Shown here: positions 24,731 through 32,288 of the stretch, in pieces
Layout: each line of letters opens with the position of its first letter
Numbering within the stretch: the stretch's first letter is position 1
NCBI GenBank assembly: GCA_964187785.1
Contig: OZ076412.1
Span: 72,602,001-72,666,000 of the forward strand
DNA length: 64,000 nucleotides
Direction of reading: 5' to 3'
DNA from: Amphiscolops sp. MND2022
Lineage: Eukaryota
Notes under the pieces: model-generated
What the model saw: the letters and a program-made list of their open reading frames with translations, nothing else
What the model was told of the DNA's origin: nothing
Databases searched by the model: none
Program-made: the position numbers and the translations under genes

Positions 24731-25768
24731 TTAAGCCATCATCTTCTCACGTTTGTACGGTCCAGTGGTATCCGGCTGAGCCGCTCCGCGTTTGAGTGAC
24801 CACAATCCTGCATTCTCGCACCTCTTGTGCCGGAGAGACCGCAACCCTCGCTCCTTGAACTTTCCCAGTTCTGATTGTTGGTTCCTGTCGAACCAGTCGT
24901 CAATGTACTCCGAGCTGGAAGGTGTCGGCGAAGGGCGTTCTCCCCTTCTGCTTCCAACTTCTTCGACGTCAGTCTCGCAATTGGGAGTCGGGTTCTGCTG
25001 AGGGACTACATACACTGTAATAGCTACGTGACTCCCTTTGAAGACGTCTTTAATTAGGCTTCGTATTTCACTCCAATTCAGTTTATCCAACCCACAGCCT
25101 ATCCTCGGCAGGCCTATTCGGTGGACCCCAGACCACTCCGCGTGAGTTCTCATCTCTTGCAGCGACGTTTTCACGGATTCGTAGGTCGGTTTCTCGAAGT
25201 ATCGTTGTTTGGTGACCAAGTGATACACGTAACGACGTTCTCCTTCAATCCACTGCGCAAAAACTGGCTGTCTCTTGTGGTTGACATCCTTTGGATAAGT
25301 AGTGGGATACCTCGTTTTGACTTGCTTGGCAACTCCGACCCCCATGTGGAAATCTGCCGAAACACAGTGAGCCAAACAACCTTTGGACGAAAATAGCTCT
25401 CCCTCGATCTCTTTGTACTTCAGGTTTCCGCGTTCAACGTCGAGGTCATCATCGCCAAAAAGTGTAGTCTGTCGAGGTTTCAGGGTAGTAACGATGGAGC
25501 ATCTGCTGCGATCACACCTGTACTTAGACTCTGTTGTCGATACCATGCGGAAATCAGCATTTGCGTCGACTATCATTGCGTCCCAGCGCCTTGGTGGCGG
25601 TTTCTCTCCGGAATCCCAGCTTGGATTCCTGCTCTCGGGAGCGCTCAAGTGCTGAGTGGAGGATGCCGACCGTGAGGGTTCAGTCTCCGCGCTTTCAAGA
25701 CTGTCACTGGTGCTTCGCTGGTACCAAATTCCTCCGTCTTCGCCCCATTGCGATGTAACAACTCTCAT
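24731..25768 (-). CDS. 345-aa ORF with a TARG1/OARD1 (Poa1p-like) macrodomain
   Basis: Contains EIEGELFS..LAHCVSADFHMGVGVAKQVK..YHLVTKQRYFEKPTYESVKTSLQEMRTH..LPRIGCGLDKLNW, closely matching human OARD1 motifs (AHCIS.D..MGAGIA; YYLITK..SHKPTY; PRIGCGLDRLQW). Domain at about 25000-25425. Confidence 0.92.
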   Translation of the reverse strand: MRVVTSQWGEDGGIWYQRSTSDSLESAETEPSRSASSTQHLSAPESRNPSWDSGEKPPPRRWDAMIVDANADFRMVSTTESKYRCDRSRCSIVTTLKPRQTTLFGDDDLDVERGNLKYKEIEGELFSSKGCLAHCVSADFHMGVGVAKQVKTRYPTTYPKDVNHKRQPVFAQWIEGERRYVYHLVTKQRYFEKPTYESVKTSLQEMRTHAEWSGVHRIGLPRIGCGLDKLNWSEIRSLIKDVFKGSHVAITVYVVPQQNPTPNCETDVEEVGSRRGERPSPTPSSSEYIDDWFDRNQQSELGKFKERGLRSLRHKRCENAGLWSLKRGAAQPDTTGPYKREKMMA

Positions 25769-25770
25769 TT

Positions 25771-27222
25771 TCAGCGGTTCTGGGACAGAGGAGGTATGGA
25801 CAGTTCGTCTCTCCCAAAGTCAAAAATCATTCTATGCTTTTTCACGAAGTTCAAGCCTAGAATAACGGATGGCTCGCAGTGGGGTACCACCACAAATTCT
25901 TCCTGCTCCTTCAAGGGTCCCAGCTGCAAATTCAGTCGGGTTAATCCTTTAGTCGTCACTGGTTGGCCGTCTACAGACCGCAACTCTCCATGAAATTCTT
26001 CGACCGCATCGGGGGGTCTAAGCGATTCCATTGTACTTGAGTCCACCACGTTCACGCCAGCTCCCGTGTCCAACAAAATGTCCATCTCTTTCTCCTCGAT
26101 TCGGGCTTTCACAAAGACACCACTGTTACAACCAGAACAGTCTACCACACGCACAGCGTTCAACGCCTTTCTTTCAATTGCTAAGCCAGCCCTCTCAACA
26201 ATTTGTGCAGCTTTCTCTCTTGTCAACTTCCCATGCACATCTGGAGCGTCTTCGACCACCAGCTGCCGTTTGGGGCATTGTTGAGGAAAGTGTCCAAAAC
26301 CATCGCAAACAGGGCAGATATCGGCTACAAAACCGCCATCCCCCTTGAATTTTTGTTCGGTCACCACAGTGGTGGCCTCGCGTTTATGTGGGTCTGTCAT
26401 CCCAGCCTGCTTCTCAGGCCTCACAGTTGTTGACAGAGTTTCCATGAAAGTCATCATCTGCGTCATCTGGTCCATTCTTCTAGTGAGCAGATGTAAACCC
26501 TCTTTCCACGGTTCGTCCGAAAAGGCACGAACGTCACGACTGGGTTCCTGCTGTCTCCCAAACTCGTCAAACCGCTCTAGTTCATTCCGTGAACGGCCAC
26601 GTGTTATTCGAGCGATAACTTCCAAGTCAACGGCCCTATTCACTAGATCCCCAAATGTTTGTGGGTTTTCTTTCAACAACTGAACTTCCAGTTGTACATC
26701 GCTCAAACCCTCGAGGAACTTCTCGCGGAACAACTCGTCTCTCGTGTTGGGGTCCTTCTCTGAGTAGGCAATTTTTCCAATGTTTCTCACTCGTCGGGCA
26801 AATTCCCTCAGGGTTTCCTCTGGTTGCTGTCGAAGTTTTCTAAATTCTGCTTTCCCCAGACGGTCATTTCGCATCATCCCCATTTCTCTACCCAGGTAAT
26901 TGAATAGTGCAGCTAACGTAGGTGCATCTTCCCCATCCACTTGCTCTCTCAGTTCTCGAGGCGCAGCGTTGTACTCGTCCAATGCGTACTCAATCAAGCA
27001 CACAGGCACAGCTTGCAGACCTTGCAACTCAGTCCATCCGTTGGCTCTGCCAACTCTGTAAAAGTGCGTTTTCCATTGGGACCAATCTGGATAGTTCTGC
27101 GAGGGGAAGCTGTCAGGTCTGATTGCTCCATTGCCAAACAGCCGATTCTCATTCCCGTTGAGGCCCTGTATCACCCCTTGGGCGACAGCCTCCATTATTG
27201 CAAGTCGCTGTTCGTCTTCCAT
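25771..27222 (-). CDS. Gag-protease polyprotein (capsid-like Gag, CCHC zinc knuckle, aspartic protease)
   Basis: Intact ORF from the first ATG at 27222. CPVCDGFGHFPQQC knuckle and LLDTGAGVNV protease active site. Stops shortly after the protease. Confidence 0.93.
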   Translation of the reverse strand: MEDEQRLAIMEAVAQGVIQGLNGNENRLFGNGAIRPDSFPSQNYPDWSQWKTHFYRVGRANGWTELQGLQAVPVCLIEYALDEYNAAPRELREQVDGEDAPTLAALFNYLGREMGMMRNDRLGKAEFRKLRQQPEETLREFARRVRNIGKIAYSEKDPNTRDELFREKFLEGLSDVQLEVQLLKENPQTFGDLVNRAVDLEVIARITRGRSRNELERFDEFGRQQEPSRDVRAFSDEPWKEGLHLLTRRMDQMTQMMTFMETLSTTVRPEKQAGMTDPHKREATTVVTEQKFKGDGGFVADICPVCDGFGHFPQQCPKRQLVVEDAPDVHGKLTREKAAQIVERAGLAIERKALNAVRVVDCSGCNSGVFVKARIEEKEMDILLDTGAGVNVVDSSTMESLRPPDAVEEFHGELRSVDGQPVTTKGLTRLNLQLGPLKEQEEFVVVPHCEPSVILGLNFVKKHRMIFDFGRDELSIPPLSQNR

Positions 27223-27410
27223 ACCCAAAGCGTTACTTCAGGCACCAACTAGTTGCATTAGAAAAACGTCTCTGTTCTGTTGTACAAGAACGTTCTCAGT
27301 CGATCAACCTCATCGGATAATGTGCTTGTTTTGATCGCGTCGTGAAGGGATTACAGCTAAGTCCCAGTAAAACAATTCCAAAATAACAGCGATACAGAAC
27401 TACGAAAATT

Positions 27411-27428
27411 GCCCACCCAGGAGCGCCA
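27411..27428 (-). promoter_or_regulatory. Primer-binding site, tRNA-Asn-like
   Basis: TGGCGCTCCTGGGTGGGC lies 1 nt inside the 5' LTR. Its complement GCCCACCCAGGAGCGCCA resembles the 3' end of animal tRNA-Asn(GTT) as recalled (…GCCCACCCRGGRRCG-CCA). Confidence 0.7.
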
Positions 27429-27429
27429 C

Positions 27430-29367
27430 TGTAGAAATTTTTGCTAGAGGGTCGGAGAGAAATCCCAAAGGCTCGATTCTAACAGAAAGGTTTAGTTTTT
27501 AGTGAGTAAGTTTCGTCCACGTATCGCGTATTCTTTTCTCAAAGTCTCTCCGGTGCTCAAGTTTCGACTCCAAAACACTATGGAAAAGTTACTTGCAATT
27601 AATACTCTAATTCAGGAATTATCTGGATATAACAAGTCGAAGGTTTCCACAGTATATAAACTCTCAATCAAATAACAATAGCACAGCAGGTGAATGAATT
27701 ATATACAATAACTCGACAAGACTGTGCCAGAATCACGATTCACTCAAAGATTTCCAAGTCCCGGACTTGTAACTTATTCACTGCTCTCACAAAGCAGTTA
27801 AGTCAAATTCGATCTCGAGTAGGTTTCTTGCCCGCCCGCGGCTCAACTTACTCTTGACTTCGTAATCGTTCTTCTGTCTCAATTCGGTCTCCTTTTCCCT
27901 CCCTAAGATATTTATTCATCAGCCGCATTTTTGTTGTACCGATGTCGCTCTTTTATTTGCATGCTTTTATAAATCATGTAATTTCATTCCTTTTATGGCA
28001 TGGTAGCGCCCTAGTCATATTTCGGCCAGACATACTTCGCCGCCAACGTCAAGTAATTCACATCTTGTCCGAAGTCCACATTTCAATAATAATTCAAGTC
28101 ACCCGAGATATCTTTAACATCGAAGAAATCGCTCAATGACCTTCAATTACATGGTTTACATGCTTTCTACGTGTAAGGTGTACTTTTCTGTCATTCTGAG
28201 TGCAATACATCGCGAATCGTTCCGCCTGACTGAAATGCATAAATTATCGCTTAAAGACACTGATTTACATGTTTTATTGTACGTTTTCCTCTAGGTTCCG
28301 GGGTTACATCTAAATTGACCTTGAGGTCCATCTGTGACCTTGAAGTTATTTGTCATCATCTAATGTCACTACATGCCAAGTTATATCGTCCTAGGGTCAA
28401 TGGTTCCCGAGTTACATGATATGCGTATCGTTTGTTTACTTAAGGCTGTCACCCCCGCATGGGTTACAAATACGGTTTCATTCACATTAAAAATCGACTA
28501 CATTCATTATTCCGGTTCGTTTGAGATATTACAAGCCAAGGTCAATGTCTTTTATCGGTCGGGCCCGCGCGTCCGGTCCCGCGTGCCTTAAACAAACATT
28601 ACTCCGCTCGCGGTGGACCGATTAATGTATCTTCCATGTATATTACTTAGGGTTACTAGGTAAACATCTTGGGTAAGTTTCGTGATCTTCGGGCCATCCG
28701 GTGGCTATTTACATAACATTCGGGGTTTATTTACATAGGGTCCGTGCTCCTCCTACGCGCGTCGTAGGTTTCCGAAAATGTGCGCAAACGGCTTAATATC
28801 CTATGGGCTATCAATTCCATATACAATACGACTTACTCCGTGCTTGGTCGACGAGTTCGTAGGGGGGTCGACCTAGGTCACTTCCGGTGCTAATAGCCCG
28901 GGGCTGGGGGGTCTCGGCTCGGTTCTGTTTTTATAGGCGGGTGGCATAACAGCTCAGGTATACGTGTGCCAAATTTCAGGTCTCTACGATAAATAGTCTT
29001 TGAGAAAATTCGACTGGGGGGGGGGTTCGCCGGTTTTGTCACACTTGGTTTTCCCGGGTGGTATCTTAGAATATTTTCGCTTGGAAGTGGGACTTAGTAA
29101 AATTCGCTCCAAGTGGTCGATTCTAACTTAGCTGATTCGAACAATTTCGTTGTTGACGTCGATTCTATCTTACTCAAACAATCAAATTTACTCTTTCTAT
29201 TATTCGTATACCAAAACCATTAACGAAACACGTCTACTTCGCCTTTTCAGCTGTTTTTACTATTCCGACGGTTTTTAAAACGTGATTAACATAGTTCTGC
29301 CTATCGTATGTACTTCGCGCAAAAATGATGGGATTTTTCTAAAACGCCAAAATCTAAAAATTCTACA
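27430..29367 (-). repeat. 5' LTR (1,938 bp)
   Basis: Near-identical to 20805-22742 and followed by the PBS. Confidence 0.97.
28929..28935 (-). promoter_or_regulatory. Candidate TATA box of the 5' LTR promoter
   Basis: TATAAAA on the minus strand within a GC-rich segment. The equivalent site in the 3' LTR is at about 22305-22311. Confidence 0.45.
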
Positions 29368-29793
29368 AGTGACAACAAAAGGAGTCTTCTGGAAAATGGA
29401 AAATTGCCAAGCAGACACTAAAAATGCAGACAGAGAATTCTTTTTGTTCTGCGTAAATTCTCTCTTTCCCAAGCGTTTCTCCGCTGCCCACGGATTAGTG
29501 AGTGATGCATAGATGAAATATTGTTTCGAAAATGCTAATGCTTGTGAATGTAATAGAAGGTAGGTACTTTGTTGACATACACGTCTATATGACAAAAATG
29601 AACATTGAAAGCGAAAAGGTGAGGCAAAAACGTATTTAACTCTCTTCAGTCAATTATCAATTTCCTTTAAAACGTTTAATGAAAGGAATGAAGGTACTGC
29701 AAGCTCTGACTCCAAATAGTTTTTCATGAAAACTTTCGAAAACATCTTGAGAGTATCCACGCGTTTGAGCGGTATACTTTTATTGTGTTTTAG

Positions 29794-29908
29794 AGAAGAT
29801 ATTTATCAACTGAACTTAACATGTGATGTTTGTCTTTCACAATGGACTCCTTTCTTCAGTAATATAACAGTGACGACCTCGGGATATGATGGATGGCTAG
29901 GTAGTAAT
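29794..29908 (+). CDS. Exon continuing the PLAT/LH2 domain
   Basis: Acceptor tgtgttttAG, donor GTaagt. Phase 2 matches the exon ending at 20071, giving ...DDFESGQ|EDIYQLNLTCDVCLSQWTPFFSNITVTTSGYDGWLGSN (PLAT 'D.F/Y' and 'G.DGW' pattern). Confidence 0.75.
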
Positions 29909-30520
29909 GTAAGTTAACTTTCTTTTTTTTCGGAAAAAGTTCTAAAAGTCCCAGACATCTTCATCCAAGACGCATGTAAGAATAGTGTTGGGAAACCTCT
30001 GAAAACAGGGAACACCCCGCTCATGGTTCAAAAAGAGCAAACTGTTTTGAATAAACGAAGGGACACTATTGTGACAAATTTCATCAAATCTAGAGCGCCA
30101 AAAATGCTCGAAATATCAAAAATCCTATTTTTGAAAAAATGACGAAATTGTTTTTTTACGGAAAAGTCTCAAAGTTCCGAAGAACCCAACAGGAGACCCT
30201 CTAAGTTGGGAAAACGCTTTTTCAAACGAAAAATTTTTTGAAAGTCAAAGGACTCTTTGACCACATGATTTTTTCCCGAAAAAAGTCGAACAGCTCCGGG
30301 GAAACCATAGACCTTTTCCACAGGCATTGAAGAAACTCTCATCAGTCCCACAAGACATTAAAATTAACCAAAGATGCCACCCTTAAGACTCGGAAAACGG
30401 TTTTCCCTAGACGAACAACTAAAAAATCAAAAATTTTGAAGAAAAAATTTAACGGAAAACTGTCTTCAATAAGTTATAGTGCCAAAAACTCTGAAGGGAA
30501 TTAGATTGAATCTGGAAAAA

Positions 30521-30861
30521 AACTGGTTTACTGGAAAGAAAAAAGACAAGTATTTCCTTTTTTAAGTGTAAATGCCCAGTTTTTACTTGGAATACCAGCT
30601 ACAGCAGTTCTTAGTGAACGACATTGGTCCGATTCAGGCAACATCACCACGCAAAGAAACTTTCCGCGAACTTGTTTTTTTGAGAAGTTGCATTAAGTAA
30701 ACTGTTCAAAACTGAAGTTGAAAATTACTGTTTTGTTCACATTTGTTTATAAATAACCGACCGATAACCGATAACCGACCGATAACCGATAACCGACAGA
30801 GTTTTTAAATAACCGACCGATAACCGACCGAACTCGAAAAAATGATAATTGCACAGCCCTA
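30521..30861 (+). mobile_element. hAT transposon 3' remnant (dimerisation domain, subterminal repeats, TIR)
   Basis: YWKEKRQVFPFLSVNAQFLLGIPATAVLSERHWSDSG matches the hAT C-terminal dimerisation motif. CCGATAA tandem subterminal repeats; ends GCACAGCCCTA (TAGGG-type TIR). Confidence 0.85.
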
Positions 30862-31791
30862 GCCTGGAAACCCGCATTAACCACTGAACCAACAGCAGTG
30901 TCCACTTTTATATAAATTTGTGACCCATTCACAGTTTATAATAGTGGACGTTTCACGGTTACTTGCCACTCTTTTCGAAAAGCGACGACTAAAAATTAGC
31001 TCAACGAATTTCAGTAGCGGGCTGTTTTATCCGGCTATTTCGTAACTTTTCAACAAAATATGGAACCTATTCCTTTCTACAAAACACGACCTCTGATCGC
31101 GTCGAACTCATTCAGACGATTGATCAATGGGGAAACTTATGGAAAACTTTGAATTTTTCTAAAAATGAAAACAATTGGTCAATAAAAATTTCCGTACAAT
31201 GAAATCAAATTTCACACAAAATAAATGACCTCCCTGTAGCAACAGTCTTATAAAAAACATTTTTCCAATGACTGGAAAATCCTTCTTCCAGAAGAAGGAG
31301 AAGAAAATTGATTTCCCACATTAACGCGAGGTGGTCACCGAATAAGAAATTCTGCTTTCTTTTCAAATTCGCTTTTCCGGATACTATCGATAGCAAATCG
31401 AGATCTCCCCATAGCAAACTATGGTATCATATTTGCAGCATTTGCAACCACGTGGCCTAGCAATGGTCGACTGGAAACTGTGGTTTCAAAGTAAACTTTC
31501 TCAAGGTCACAAAGTTCTGATTCCTTACTGTTGCTTTTTTTAAATTCTGCGTTTCCCCGCAAAATTCGTTATTTTTTGTCTTTGACCATACCACTAAGCC
31601 AGGGATGAAGGACTTGCTCATTTGGAAAGTAATCAACTTTGCTGAAACAATCAGCAAGTTTTACTTGAAGGTTGAAAAACTAGAAGTAATAGCCTATACT
31701 GTAGTTATCACACTGTCTATTGGTCTTTTTTCCTTCCAGATTGGAAATACATTAAGAAACAATTATTAATTACTGTATTTACTGTTTATAG

Positions 31792-31917
31792 ATTGTCATG
31801 GAGATGTACGGACGACAAATTTCATACAAAAACCCATCGCGAGAAGTGTTGAGTAAAAGTAAAAGATCCTCAGTAAATTATGGCCATGTATACTCAAACC
31901 AATGCAACATGTATTGA
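31792..31917 (+). CDS. Candidate terminal exon of the TSP1-PLAT gene
   Basis: Acceptor actgtttatAG in phase 0, matching the donor at 29909. IVMEMYGRQISYKNPSREVL...CNMY* would supply the last PLAT strands. Inferred. Confidence 0.45.
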   Translation: MVMEMYGRQISYKNPSREVLSKSKRSSVNYGHVYSNQCNMY

Positions 31918-31985
31918 TTGTCGACGAGCATAGATGTTTATGGCTTGCAAATATAGATGGTTTCAAAAAGTTCGCGAGACTAGAA

Positions 31986-32288
31986 CTAATTAATCGTCGC
32001 TAAAATACCTTTTGTGAAGTCAAAATATAAATGTCGACGGCACCAGTTAACTCTCCTATCTTTTTGAGCATTCGTAACAACGTCTTGTACAGCAACACGA
32101 TTTCGAATGTCGCGGTTTTTCAAAAAACGGTGCTCCGTGGCATTGGAGACAAGTCGTCTGGCTGTAAGCACAAGGTCAGAAAGCCGGAATTTTGAGTTTC
32201 GATTAACGCGGCCCAGTCTCGCGAACTTTTTGAAACGATCTATAGATACACCAACAATGGCTCGAATATTGTACCCCTTTACCCTCAA
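31986..32288 (-). pseudogene. Degenerate Tc1-like transposase fragment
   Basis: TNAQKDRRVNWCRRHLYFDFTKGILA resembles the Tc1 segment that precedes the first catalytic Asp. Confidence 0.55.

Larger units (their letters stand above)
20805..29367 (-). mobile_element. Young non-autonomous Gypsy-like LTR retrotransposon with Gag-PR, a macrodomain ORF and accessory ORFs, lacking RT/RNase H/integrase
   Basis: Two 1,938-bp LTRs (TGTAGAAATTTTT...AAAAATTCTACA) with about ten differences by eye. 5-bp TSD AGTGA at 20800-20804 and 29368-29372, PBS at 27411-27428, PPT at about 22743-22754. The internal 4.7 kb is taken up by the ORFs listed below. Confidence 0.96.

Noticed and set aside
25771-25773. In-frame stop-codon readthrough from Gag-PR into the macro ORF
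   Set aside because: The macro ORF is in a different frame, and the Gag frame meets another TGA one codon later.
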